This document shows positions 1 to 11,766 of a DNA stretch of 64,000 bases, piece after piece. Both the position numbers and the translations under genes were made by a program. Each line of letters opens with the position of its first letter. The stretch's first letter is position 1. The stretch covers positions 496,001-560,000 of the forward strand of contig OZ025785.1 of NCBI GenBank assembly GCA_964019425.1. Reading direction: 5' to 3'. Under the pieces are notes generated by a model. The model was given only the letters and a program-made list of their open reading frames with translations. It had not been told where the DNA came from and did not search any database. Source of the DNA: Flectonema sp. DT1601 (lineage: Eukaryota).

Positions 1-9
1 GATGCAGAC

Positions 10-1977
10 ATGCGAGGAACTATATCAAAGTTCATAAAATCAGATGATGAATTACTTAACTGTGATGACAGTCCTGAATTAGTTGTCTCGACTGTCGAAT
101 CAAATTCTGTCGTGAGGTCCAGATGTCCGCTAGCACCTAAAAAACCACATCCACCATCACCACCACCGAAATCATTGTCACGGTCACCTCTTGCAAAGAT
201 TGCGAGTAATCAGGTTAACTTTAATTCTGATTCTATTCCTGAAAAAGATTTAATTTTTGGAGGAGGAAGTCCGTCGATGTCACTACTAGCTCAGAAGGTT
301 AGAGAACAAATCGTGTCGAAGATAATTGTAGTGTTAGGTCCTTATGCTGCAGTTGGACCTCAGCATATGCAGAGATACGCACCGAGTAGCGAGACGGGTG
401 TTGGTGGTGTTCAAAATACTCAACCTCTATTGTCACTTGAGTTGGTAAATACGACGTTGCCAGGTTTGAAAGATCGATTGTTAAATTTAGGATTCTCGTC
501 TTTAGAAGAAGCTAATAATGAAAAATTATATAAATCAGATCCTACTTTGCTTTGTGATGTTTGGAGAGATTTGTGGCCGACATCATCGAAGCCACTTCTT
601 CCACACATTCTTTGTAAAATTTTATCAGAGAAAGGACTGCTACTTAGGGTATATTCCTACAACATGGAAAGTCTTGAACGTGCCATTGGTATCCCCAGAT
701 CCAAAGTAATAGAGCTTAACGGAACTTTTGGAGCTGCCCACTGCATTGAATGTGATAGAGAACACATGTCGACGTATTTAAAAGAAAAATTACATAAAAA
801 TCAAAGACCAAAATGTACATTCAAATCATGTAAAGGATTAGTAAGGCCTAGTATATATATGAAAGGACAGAAGAAAGAACCTCCTCATTCAAGGATTATT
901 GAAACAGACATGAACCAGTGTGATCTAGTGATTAGCATCGGAACTATTGGATCAAATGTATCAGATTTAGTTGATGTGTTAGCACCAAGACTAATCGTTA
1001 ATACGTTGAAGGCTTCATTCACAAATCAAGTCATCGACAGTGATAATGCCCATCGAGATGTGGTAAGACACTGCATCTCAGATGGGTTGATAGAATTTAT
1101 CAAAGAGTGTAACTATGAAACACATGTGAGAGAACTACTACCAACATCATTGTGTAGATCTTTACAAGTTAAGATGGATGAGTTTGATTGTGAAAGTATT
1201 GTACGTAGCCACCCTGTTCTTACTGATAACGGTGGTATCTTAAAAAGGACAATTGTCTCAACCACATCATTACTAAACTTTCCTCATCATAACCGAAAAA
1301 ATCGACAGGTACGGAGACGTGCTCCAGCACCTCCAATTCGTTCGTTTAATCAAGTTATAGATTTTAATAAAACAATCTGTCGATCTGCTACTCGATCTGC
1401 TTCAGCCGGACCGAATATTCCCATGACGGGGAATCGAACTCCACAGGTAAAACCTCTTAGCGCTCCGTCAACTCAATTTGTAAAGGATAAAACAGTTCAA
1501 TTTGACCCATGTATAAAGTATATATCTGAAGATCAAGAAATCTCAACAGGAAGTGGAATCCTAAACTCCGGAGGAGACTTTTTAAGAACACCAAATGTGT
1601 CTCCTCTTGCAGGATCGTTGGTGTCAAGTCCAAGTATGTACAGCAGCAATGTGAGTAACGGTTCAATGTCTCCGTTTGCGTTATTACCGCTTGTTTCAGT
1701 TGATGTGTTGTCACCGTTATTGTCACCAACACCACCACCACTTGATGTTGGTAGGCTCCCGTTACAGATATCGAGTGTGACTGAGAGTTCTTTGGATGAA
1801 ACGGTCCCCGTTGGACATCTACCTCCGCCTATTAAGTGTCGTTCTAGGCCTGTGAATCCTCTTTCGGATGTTGAAGGGGTCAGATTACTGTCGGAAACAA
1901 TAAGTTTATCTCCTCCTAAGAGAAATGTCGTGAGAGGAACTCCTAAAGTAATGCCGCTTGTTAAGCCATTTCGGTGA
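10..1977 (+). CDS. Sir2/sirtuin-like protein with degenerate catalytic motifs and low-complexity Pro/Ser-rich termini
   Basis: Sirtuin motif order is recognisable: IIVVLGPYAA (cf. GAGIS), RVYSYNMESLER (cf. YTQNIDxLE), IELNGTF (cf. EAHGSF), Zn ribbon CIEC...CTFKSC, GLVRPSI (cf. GxVKPDI), CDLVISIGT. Confidence 0.85.
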   Translation: MRGTISKFIKSDDELLNCDDSPELVVSTVESNSVVRSRCPLAPKKPHPPSPPPKSLSRSPLAKIASNQVNFNSDSIPEKDLIFGGGSPSMSLLAQKVREQIVSKIIVVLGPYAAVGPQHMQRYAPSSETGVGGVQNTQPLLSLELVNTTLPGLKDRLLNLGFSSLEEANNEKLYKSDPTLLCDVWRDLWPTSSKPLLPHILCKILSEKGLLLRVYSYNMESLERAIGIPRSKVIELNGTFGAAHCIECDREHMSTYLKEKLHKNQRPKCTFKSCKGLVRPSIYMKGQKKEPPHSRIIETDMNQCDLVISIGTIGSNVSDLVDVLAPRLIVNTLKASFTNQVIDSDNAHRDVVRHCISDGLIEFIKECNYETHVRELLPTSLCRSLQVKMDEFDCESIVRSHPVLTDNGGILKRTIVSTTSLLNFPHHNRKNRQVRRRAPAPPIRSFNQVIDFNKTICRSATRSASAGPNIPMTGNRTPQVKPLSAPSTQFVKDKTVQFDPCIKYISEDQEISTGSGILNSGGDFLRTPNVSPLAGSLVSSPSMYSSNVSNGSMSPFALLPLVSVDVLSPLLSPTPPPLDVGRLPLQISSVTESSLDETVPVGHLPPPIKCRSRPVNPLSDVEGVRLLSETISLSPPKRNVVRGTPKVMPLVKPFR

Positions 1978-2605
1978 AAAAGTCGTATCGATACTAATTT
2001 TTTAGTCAAAAGTTGCTTTATAGTTAATTATAGTATCAGGTTACACCCTCCTTTTTCTTTTTTTTTCTCTTCTTTTTTTATTCTTTCGTACTTTGTATTT
2101 TTTATATCATGTTTAACAACAATGGTATTGTAATTCGTGAGATGGCGGTCAGAGTTAATTCATTCAGGGAGGTCGACAGTTATCCTTCTTGGTCTCTGTA
2201 CTTCGTTATTTTTATTATTATTTTTTTTTTTATTAATAGTTACGAAATAATTGTTTACTTGCTTTGTGTTTTTATTGTGTTCATGAGGATAGAAAAAAGA
2301 GACTTTGGAAAAGTAGTCCTATTCTGAGATGGATAGTCGATTTATTTTATTTATTATTACTTTTTTTAAATTCGTGCCTTGATTTGCTTTTGTCTTAAGC
2401 TCTTTTTTTTTTTTTTTTTGCTACCGAACTTTTTCGCACTGTTAGCTGTTAACTTGTTTCTTTACTTTTACCTGCGTTTTTTTTGATGTGTTGAAAAAAA
2501 AAAAAAAAATTAGTTGTTTTTGCGTCTGTTGTCAAGGTTAGTATGATTTGAGAAAAGAAATTATTATTTTTTTTCCAAAACCAGTTATATCCTAAAAAAA
2601 CAAAC

Positions 2606-3650
2606 ATGACTTCAGCTTCACATCAGCAGCAGCAACAGCAGCAACCTGCTGCGTACACCTACTTGAAGGCAGGTACTCACTTTGCGAAAACAAACTACCT
2701 TCCTTTTACTATTAAAGTAGTAGCGTATCCAAGTATGTGATCGTCATAAATGAGATTTTTTTTGAGAATATAATTTTTTTAAATTAAAAAAAAAAAAAAA
2801 AAAAAACAGTGGAGCGTATTCGTCTTTTGATGCAGACTCAGCACACCAACAGATCTTTAAATGGTTCTTCGATGAAGGTTTGTATTTATTTTTTAATTGT
2901 GATTGATGGCGATGAAACATAAAAAAAAAAAAAAACTAAAACCAGTCATTATTCACAACCATCGCCCACATAAAAACCGAAAGCTCTATGCTCTCACCAT
3001 GGAGAGGAGTGACACCAACTTTAGTCAGATGGTTGCCTTCACAGTATTTGGTTTTATTCTTAAAAGACATGCTGTCTGGATGGCTACCAAACTACTCTAA
3101 AGAAGACTCTTATGGTAAATATATCGCTGGGAAATTAGGATCTGGTGCAGCAACTGGTATTATTTCAGCTTTAGTTTGGGCATACCCACTTGATGTGATG
3201 AGGCAGCAGCTTGCGACGAAGAACTCTGGTTCGTGGAGAAGTGCTGCATCGCAGATTTATGCAGCGAATGGTCTTCAAGGATTCTACAGAGGATTCATGA
3301 TTGACGCTCCTGGTTTAATGATCTTCAGAGGAGTTCAGTTGGGAGGTTGGGATTTGGTTAAAGACCACCACGGAGAGGAATGGGACAAAAAATCTCGTGC
3401 ATCGAAATTCCTCCATGGGCAGACGATATCTCTCATGGGCTCTGTTTGCAGCTACCCGTACGACACTCTTCGCAGAAACTTAATCTGCATCGAAAACGCC
3501 ACATCATACAGAGAGGTTCTTAAGGCTGGAATCCTGGGATCTGGTGGAGTTCGCGCGTTCTTTTACGCTGGTTTTTCTGCGAGAGTTCTTAGCAGCTTTG
3601 TTAATGGAGGGCTACTTGAAGGGTTTGATGAGTGGAAGAAGACCAAATAA
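2606..3650 (+). CDS. Mitochondrial carrier family protein (ADP/ATP carrier-like); exons 2606-2732, 2810-2877, 2946-3650
   Basis: Splicing GT..CAG introns 2733-2809 and 2878-2945 gives a continuous frame with three carrier motifs: YPMERIR, YPLDVMR, YPYDTLR. Also WRG and GFYRG motifs. Confidence 0.85.
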
Positions 3651-4054
3651 AAACATGAAAATAAAAATAAAAAAAGAAATCTCAAGGGATGACCCCCCTG
3701 GATAACTGATTCCTTATGACAGTACTCCCTCTGGAGGGTAATAACCACTTACGTGTGTAACGTAACGGGATTCTAGCAGAGATTGTTGTCTACTAATTGC
3801 TTGAGTCCTCCGATGCTTGCTGTCGGAAAGAAAAAAAGAAGAAAAAAAAAGGAAATGTTTTTCCTGATTATGGAAAGTTCTATTTCGGTAGAGTTTTTTC
3901 TCTTTTTTTTCTTTTTTTTGGATGTCGTGGGGCAAAATAATACAGCAACCCTCATTTTTTGAGTGGTTTTTTTTTAGTATTGTGGCTGCTATTTTTTAAA
4001 TAAAATAAAAAAAACTTCTTGAGCGAAATTATTTACCAAGTTGTTTTTTTTTTT

Positions 4055-4190
4055 TTTGCACCGACGAAGTCGGAGAAGAAGCTATTCAGATTAAGAACCG
4101 TTATTTATTATTGTCATGTTATCTATTTCCCTGTGCGCCAGTAAAACTAGCTGACGATCAACAAAATATAAGGCTGCTTATCTGAATGGT
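4055..4190 (+). repeat. Dispersed intergenic repeat family, copy with CCGAC-GAA-GTCGG hairpin
   Basis: Similar blocks at about 14410-14760, 52975-53490 and 61475-61595, all in the same orientation. Partial copies at about 1995-2050 and 56774-56812. Confidence 0.7.
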
Positions 4191-4985
4191 TATTTTTTTT
4201 TTTTTTTTGAAAATATTTTCCCCTCAAATATGTTTTTTATCAAACGCACCTATTTATTGCTTTCTCAGAAAACTCCTTGAGAGTTGTTTTCTGGTGGAAA
4301 CAGTTCGCTTTTTGTGTTCCTCTCTTAGAGCCCTCTTTCTTTAGACCACAGACTTAATTCATTCTCTTCTCACCTTTTTTAGATCTTATGATTATTTCTT
4401 ATGAGAATAATATTTTTTTTTTAAAAAAATTGTTGGTAGGCAACCAATAAAATTCATTTATTTTCTTTCCTTCGCAGATTTTTGGATTTTTTTTTTGGTT
4501 CACATTTTTAAAGCAGTAGGGGAGGAGAGACTCTCTGGTAAATGCTGTGCATGTGTTCCTTTTATTTCCCGTTTCAACCGCATCTAAAAAAAGGGAAAAA
4601 AAAAAAAAAAAAAAAAAAGGAAAACAGCGAATGCAAAATTAATACCTCTTATGTGTTATTCGCTGTTGAGGGTTTTTAACCAAAAAAAAAAAAAAAAAAA
4701 AAAAGTTTTTTTTTTTGGATTTGCCTGCAAAACAATAGTAGATTTATAGCAAAAAAAAAAAAAAAAATTCAAACAGACACGAACCGACAAACCACATGTT
4801 TTGTTAATGTGTAAAAGTAGTCTTATCATTCTTTACTTAATTTATCTTTTCACGTCAGTCACATTACTCATATGCCTGCTGTGGGTAGGGCCTATTATCC
4901 CCCACCTTTTTTAGGCGACGAACATCTTCAAACAGCTTCTAACCAACCTAACGAGGACGGTTGATTTTTTAGTTCGTTTTGAGTG

Positions 4986-5035
4986 GAAATCCATGTTTGA
5001 GAACCAACAGGGAGTCGGCAAATTTCAAAATTACC
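4986..5035 (+). repeat. 50-bp direct repeat, left boundary of composite insertion (partner 11766-11815)
   Basis: gaaatccatgtttgagaacc(a/g)acagggagtcggcaaatttcaaaattacc occurs at both positions with 1 mismatch. Confidence 0.9.
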
Positions 5036-5411
5036 ATTGCTATTGTATGGCAGATCGATAATATAACCACCGTTTTCTTATCTTTACTAAAGTTAATTTG
5101 AGTTTTATTTTATTATACTGATGGATATTTGTACTCCTTTATCAGTTCTCACTCTCCTGTACTCATGTACAACTCAATCGAACCCTGTCTGAAAGTGGAT
5201 AAGAATATTTGTGAAATGATATTTTTAACGTGACAATCATTATAAATTCTTAACACTTGTGTTCTACTTTTTTGAGTTTCCTTTTCGTGTTTCACATTCA
5301 GATCGCGAGATCTCTGAGTGGAACTCTCAGAAGAGCTACCGTCAGGACAATTCTTGCCATCGTGATTTGGACCCCCACGTGTCCAAGTCCAACATGCTCG
5401 TTTTTCTTTCG

Positions 5412-5561
5412 GTAATGACTCACTTTATTGTTGCTCTATTCTCATTCCAATCTAACAGCCATTGTTTTGAGACATTCTTAAAGACAGTAATGACTCACTT
5501 TATTGTTGCTCTATTCTCATTCCAATCTAACAGCCATTGTTTTGAGACATTCTTAAAGGAC
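5412..5561 (+). repeat. 75-bp tandem repeat, 2 copies
   Basis: Unit gtaatgactcac...cattcttaaagaca starts at 5412 and 5487. Confidence 0.95.
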
Positions 5562-5768
5562 AAAAAGCAAATCGAAGAATTTCATTCGATCACTTTTGAT
5601 GAGATCTACCGAACCACATAATTTAGTTTCCATGTGATCACAATAAAACCTCAGACAACTAATGTGAGCGTTGTTATGACATCTGAGAATAAAAGGAACC
5701 ATTGATGGTCTGCGAAGAGAAAATTAAACGTAAGATGGATGGAATGTGGTTGCGACTCACTTCTTACC

Positions 5769-5826
5769 GACCTCAGCAGTTGAAGATCTACGTGCTGAAC
5801 TTAAGCATATCACTCAGCACAGGAAA
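5769..5826 (+). rRNA. Short fragment resembling the 5' end of nuclear LSU (28S) rRNA; not a full gene
   Basis: gacctcag...gctgaacttaagcatatcactcagcacaggaaa matches the universal LSU 5' motif GACCTCAG...CCGCTGAACTTAAGCATATCAxTxAGCGGAGGAAA. GTGCTGA/TCAGCAC preserves the helix. Confidence 0.75.
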
Positions 5827-6336
5827 TGGGAATTTTGGTAGTTAAATATATTCTAAAAAATGAGATCACTACCTTCAGCCAGTTGGTAAGTAATTAGCTC
5901 CCGTCACTGTACTCACTTGGGAAAGTAATTATTCGAATTGGAAACACCGTATTCGGAACTCCTGCCGATACATTGATGACTTCCTTAACTGGAGTTGCAG
6001 CCCTCCTTTGGAAGAATCTGATACATTGTACTCGAAGTGGGACGCACAACATTCAAATTACTCAACTGCAGCAATATCAGGACAGTTTGTCTCCCTTCAT
6101 TAACTCTCACATTAATAATTGGTAGCATTGCAGCAATGCGTCGGCGTATCTAGATGGTGTCTCTTGCGTACAATAGTATCGAAGTCGGAGTTTTAATTCA
6201 TCACACGCTGATTTTCTTCAGGTGGTTTCCAGACAAGTGGGAAGTTGACTCACAGCAGTTTCCTTCATTCTTGAATTGAAGTTACGTATCCTTTGATTTA
6301 ATTCTTCATCACCAGAAACTCATCCAGTTTAAAATA

Positions 6337-8712
6337 ATGGCAACTGTCGATTCCCTGTCCTCTGTTTTGCGGAGCCATCAGAGGTTCATGGCGAAGCTGC
6401 TGGTGGAAGTGGTGAGTCGGAAGGAGGAGTCGGGGGCGCTGATGGACAGCTTTTCCGAAGTTCTCAGATCGTCGGAGGAGATCATGGTTGGAATGACGGA
6501 TGCTGAGGCTGCTACTGAATTGACGACGTACAAGGAAGTACACCGGGTGGCGAGGGAGAAGGAGTCGGCGAAGTTGGTGGAAGGAAGCTCGCGATTACTG
6601 GGAACCCTTTCCTTGCATCCTGACATGAAGTGTGCCGATATCGGGTTTGTTAAAGCTGATCTCAAGGGGGACGGGAAGTTGGAGTTGGTCGAAGATGACC
6701 TGAGGAATGTATTCTCGTCCACCTGCTTCCCTCGGCTGCTGAACGAGGATGAGTATTTCAACACACTTCAAATTGGTTACTTGGGCATGGATGAAACAGA
6801 GGAGGGTGTCCCAGCCCAACTCAGGAAGGAACTCTTCCTGCTGCTGGACTGGCCGAGACTCTCCCACTCGTCGAAGGAAGAAGTCAAATCCCAATTTGAC
6901 AACACCTCATGGGGTGACGAGATCCTCCGTGAGCTGGAAGATTCGAACAACTGGAGTACTGTGAAAAGAACATACAAATGGCCTGAACGTGTTGTGACTG
7001 CGGATGAATTGAGAACTTCACATCTTCGTACTCGAATTGACATTTTGTTCGCACAAAATCCCAACATGTTGTGTGTCTTCGATGCCTCAGAATATATCGA
7101 CGATGAAGGCACCCTTTCTAGTGATTGTGTTGAGATGCTTCCGTCTTGCATCCGTCGGTTGTCATTCACCAACTGCAGCCGTTGCATCGCATTTGAAAAG
7201 CATTTCCCGTGGGACAGTTGTGACTCGCTGACGTCAATCGATTTCACTGCTTTTCACAATGTGACGGCCATCCCCAGCAAGTGCTTGAACAACTTGAAGT
7301 CTCTGACTCACATTAATTTGTGTTCCTTGAGTGAAGTTACGAGTATTGGCGATGACTTTATTAGTAACTGTGAGTCCCTCACCTCCATCGATGTGTCCGG
7401 TTTGAAGAAACTGACTACAATAGGAGGTGGATTCTTGAATAATTCGAAGTCTCTGACTAGCGTTGACTTGTCTTCCTTGAGTGAAGTTACGAGTATTGGC
7501 GATGACTTTATTTATCACTGTGAGTCCCTCACCTCCATCGATGTTTCCGGTTTTCAGAAGCTGACTGCAATAGGAAATGGTTTCTTGCATAATTCAAAGT
7601 CTCTGACTAGCGTGGACTTGTCTTCCTTGAATGGAGTTACGAGTATTGGCGATGACTTTATTCGTCACTGTAAGTCCCTCACCTCCATCGATGTTTCCGG
7701 ATTTCAGAAACTGACTAAAATAGGAAAAGGATTCTTATATATGTCAACGTCTCTGACTCACGTGGATATATCTTCCTTTAGTGAAGTTACGAGTGTTAGC
7801 TATTGCCTTATTAGTGACTGTGAGTCCCTCACCTCCATCGGTGTTTTTGTTTGTCAGATAGGGAGTGGATTCTTGAATAATTCAAAGTCTCTGACTAGAG
7901 TGGACTTGTCTTCCTTGAGTGAAGTAACGAGTATTGGCGATGGCTTTATTAGTTTCTGTGAGTCCCTCACCTCCATCGATGTGTCCGGTTTGAAGAAACT
8001 GACTACAATAGGAAGTGGATTCTTGAGTAATTCAAGGTCTCTGACTAGCGTGGACTTGTCTTCCTTGTGCGAAGTTACGAGTATTGACGATGACTTTATT
8101 CGTCACTGTAAGTCCCTCACCTCCATCGATGTTTCCGGATTTCAGAAACTGACTAAAATAGGAAAAGGATTCTTATATATGTCAACGTCTCTGACTCACG
8201 TGGATATATCTTCCTTTAGTGAAGTTACGAGTGTTGGCAATGGCTTTATTAGTGACTGTGGGTCCCTCACCTCCATCGATGTTTCAGGTTTTAAGAAACT
8301 GACTACGATAGGGGATGGATTCTTAAGTTTTTCGTGGTCTCTGACTAGCGTGGACTTGTCTTCTTTGAATGAAGTTACGAGCATTGCCGGTGACTTTATT
8401 AGTTACTGTGAGTCCCTCACCTCCATCGATGTTTCAGGTTTGAAGAAACTGACTACGATAGGGGATGGATTCTTAGATCATTCAAAGTCTCTGACTAGCG
8501 TGGACTTGTCTTCCTTGAATGAAGTTACGAGCACTGACAATTACTTTATTAGTAACTGTGAATCCCTCACCTCCGTCAATGTTTCCGGTTTGAAGAAGCT
8601 AACCAAAATGGGACGAATTTTCCTGAAGGAAACAAAACTGACTAAGAAAGATGTCAGGGGATTGGAGAAGTGCAGTGTTGTCGTTAAAAGGGAATTTCAG
8701 AAGTTAAAATAA
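6337..8712 (+). CDS. BspA-type leucine-rich repeat protein, paralog 1 (791 aa)
   Basis: Family N-terminal region of about 280 aa, then alternating 25-aa repeats SLTSVDLSSLSEVTSIGxxFIxxC / ESLTSIDVSGLKKLTTIGxGFLxxS. Confidence 0.9.
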   Translation: MATVDSLSSVLRSHQRFMAKLLVEVVSRKEESGALMDSFSEVLRSSEEIMVGMTDAEAATELTTYKEVHRVAREKESAKLVEGSSRLLGTLSLHPDMKCADIGFVKADLKGDGKLELVEDDLRNVFSSTCFPRLLNEDEYFNTLQIGYLGMDETEEGVPAQLRKELFLLLDWPRLSHSSKEEVKSQFDNTSWGDEILRELEDSNNWSTVKRTYKWPERVVTADELRTSHLRTRIDILFAQNPNMLCVFDASEYIDDEGTLSSDCVEMLPSCIRRLSFTNCSRCIAFEKHFPWDSCDSLTSIDFTAFHNVTAIPSKCLNNLKSLTHINLCSLSEVTSIGDDFISNCESLTSIDVSGLKKLTTIGGGFLNNSKSLTSVDLSSLSEVTSIGDDFIYHCESLTSIDVSGFQKLTAIGNGFLHNSKSLTSVDLSSLNGVTSIGDDFIRHCKSLTSIDVSGFQKLTKIGKGFLYMSTSLTHVDISSFSEVTSVSYCLISDCESLTSIGVFVCQIGSGFLNNSKSLTRVDLSSLSEVTSIGDGFISFCESLTSIDVSGLKKLTTIGSGFLSNSRSLTSVDLSSLCEVTSIDDDFIRHCKSLTSIDVSGFQKLTKIGKGFLYMSTSLTHVDISSFSEVTSVGNGFISDCGSLTSIDVSGFKKLTTIGDGFLSFSWSLTSVDLSSLNEVTSIAGDFISYCESLTSIDVSGLKKLTTIGDGFLDHSKSLTSVDLSSLNEVTSTDNYFISNCESLTSVNVSGLKKLTKMGRIFLKETKLTKKDVRGLEKCSVVVKREFQKLK

Positions 8713-9160
8713 TTCTAAAATATGAGATGACCACCTTCAGCCAGTTGGTAAGTAATTAGGTCCCGTCACTGTACTCACTTGGGAAAGTAATTATTCGAAT
8801 TGAAAACACCGTATTCGGAACTCCTGCCGATACATTGATGACTTCCTTAACTGGTTCTGTTGCATACAGCATAAGAAATGCTAGTTGCCCTGAAAAGTCT
8901 GGGGAGCACCCCCAACCGTTTTTGATTTTGTAATAACCGCCCCGTTCTGAAGCTATTTGTGTAGTAAACGCTAGTTTGCCGTATTGGGTTTATTGACCGA
9001 TTGTTATGCAACTGTACGCAGAAAGGTATTTTCCGTGTGTTTGCTTTTTGGTCATTGGTTGTCTTTTCGTACGTCTCGTTAAGTGTTTCAGCTATTTGTG
9101 TTTCGGAACTGTTTTGATGAAAATAATTGATTCTCTCATTTATTCTTTTCAGGTTTCCAA

Positions 9161-10717
9161 ATGGAGGAATCACAAAACCACATATGCACCGGTAGCAACG
9201 CCCAAGATAAATATTGGAAACAAGTATTCCATCCTCTTTTTAAAAGTGAGGGGGATTCTTCAATAATTTCCGAAAGTAAAAAACTGATATCTGAATTCTA
9301 TCCGGAAGTGAAGAGGGGTCCAGTGGGTGAAACTCTTCTTCACAGATTGATATTAGGTCATCCTGATAAGGGGAAAGAGAATAAGTTGAGAAAGGTATTG
9401 GATTTACTACTCAAACTAGATGACCCAGTGTTATTAAAGGAAATAGTATGTCACGCCTACAACAGGAGAGATCCGAAAGTTGCGCAAGTAAAATCAGGAA
9501 CAGAGAGATCAACCAAATCACTTCGATATAAAGAATTAGTTTTTGATGGAGAAACAGGATTACACCTTGCTATTGCTTTTGGTGACATGGAATTGGTTGA
9601 AAAACTACTGTCGCTGGGGGCAGACTTGTGCTCTAGAGCATACGGTTCTACCTTTGCTCCTGGAGTATCCAGAACGTACTTTGGTGAATATCCCTTGTCC
9701 TTGGCAGCTGCGATGGGTTCTATGGAAGTCGCTGAAATAATGCTGCGTCACTACTCTAAACAAACACCTGCTGTTTTAGACAATGAACAAGATATTGTTT
9801 CAATGAATGACGAGGCGAAAGCTTTGGAAAAAACTAAGGATGCTTTATACAGAAAGATGGACACTTTTGATAATAACGCGTTTCATATCGCAATCATAAA
9901 CCATCGAATTGATTTTTATATCTTTCTCTTGAAAGAAGCAGTTAGAGACGGATTAACTGCCGTTCAAGTTAGTGAGTTTTATGGGGCTTATGGACTCACT
10001 CCGCTGACTTTAGCTGTTTTGTGGTATCCTGATGGCAGTGGATTTCAAAAAGTACTTGACACTTTTAAGGGAAAAGTTCTTTGGGTGTTTTCAGGAATAG
10101 AAGCAAGACTATATCCCCTTCAACAGATTGATAGTGTTCCATCTGAGGGAAGTGAGTTTATCTCTGTGATATATCTGGTGACTCGATATAATATTTTGGG
10201 GTTAGCAGAAAACCATTTACTTCAATCAATTTTAAAGGAGAAGTGGAACGATCATTTGGCGATACCCGCATACGTTGCTATGATTATTCATGTCTGGTTT
10301 CTTGGAGTAATAACTGCGTACACTGTTATGCTACACCCTCATGGAAGACTCGATGATGAACGAGCTAAGTCTCTGCAACAGATGTCGTTGGGAGTGAGTA
10401 TTTTTTATTTCGTTGGAATCTTTTATGATATCGTAGTTTGTTTGAATTATCGATCTGATTTACAATCTGTTAAGAATGTTCCTGGCGATGATACCATGAG
10501 AAGGGAACTTGACCTTCCACAAGATATCCTATCTGCATACAAATCACTAAAACACAAAGCAGCATATCCAAATTACCCCATTGAGATGCCAACTATGATG
10601 TGCTATTTTGGTGTACCGTTGACATGCTGGGATGTCATTGGTTGTCTTGGTACTATTTTTATGTTTTTGCATGTAGCTACGCGATCAGAGATTACTCGAC
10701 AACACGATTGTTATTAG
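9161..10717 (+). pseudogene. 3'-truncated duplicate of the TRPV-like channel gene; lacks the pore-forming region
   Basis: Essentially identical to 26472-28000 up to position 10689, then switches into UBL-gene sequence and stops at 10717. Confidence 0.9.
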
Positions 10718-11421
10718 TGATGTACACCACAACACGACAGTTAATTCATTAAAAGAAGACATAGCCGATCAATGTAATCTAAATGTCAATAAATTTAATC
10801 TGCTATTGGAAGGCGATGAACTGATTGACACAAAGTTGGTATGTTATTTGTATAAAATATTATTTTCTATCTTCGATAAACAACCTCTTTAGACACTAAT
10901 ACTCATCAGGTCATGTCGTATCCAGTCTCTGGTGATAGTGAACTTGTCCTTGAAGTAGCTAAAGAACTGAATATTGAAAGTAAATACCTGCGTTCGGGTT
11001 GCAGTTGGTGGTCAGGTCATTATATAAAACTGTCGTCTGAAGAAGTCACTGCGACTTATGAAATTTGTTGTGAACGAAAATCTGAGTTTATTGGTGCTTT
11101 TTCCAACAGTAGGAAACCATGGGGTCATTCACAAGCTGATGCTTTGACTTGGTATGGATCTCCTAGTAGGAAAGATTTCACATTTAGATGCCGAGTATTT
11201 AAAACTTTTCTACGTTGTCAGAACTACCAACCAATGCTACTCACTGCTGGTAAGTGGCATCGAATTGAGGTTCGCATTTCACAAGATTACTGTAAATATT
11301 TCATTGACGATTCTTTAGTCGCTTCAATGTCTCCAGCGAACACTTCAGATTGTCCTCAAGAAGGTTACTTTGGATTTACGACTTATACGACAGGATATTC
11401 TTTTAGGAATTTTGAAATACA
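10688..11421 (+). pseudogene. Internal duplicate of the UBL-lectin gene, intron retained
   Basis: Near-identical to 11904-12637, including the intron copy at 10839-10909. Lacks the start codon and the CaaX end. Confidence 0.9.
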
Positions 11422-11766
11422 GGTAAATATATCGCTGGGAAATTAGGATCTGGTGCGGCAACTGGTATTATTTCAGCTTTAGTTTGGGCATACCCACTCG
11501 ATGTGATGAGGCAGCAGCTTGCGACGAAGAACTCTGGTTCGTGGAGAAGTGCTGCATCGCAGATTTATGCAGCGAATGGTCTTCAAGGATTCTACAGAGG
11601 ATTCATGATTGACGCTCCTGGTTTAATGATCTTCAGAGGAGTTCAGTTGGGAGGTTGGGATTTGGTTAAAGACCACCACGGAGAGGAATGGGACAAAAAA
11701 TCTCGTGCATCGAAATTCCTCCATGGGCAGACGATATCCCTCATGGGCTCTGTTTGCAGCTACCCG
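11422..11766 (+). pseudogene. Internal duplicate fragment of the mitochondrial carrier gene
   Basis: Near-identical to 3114-3458. Confidence 0.9.
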
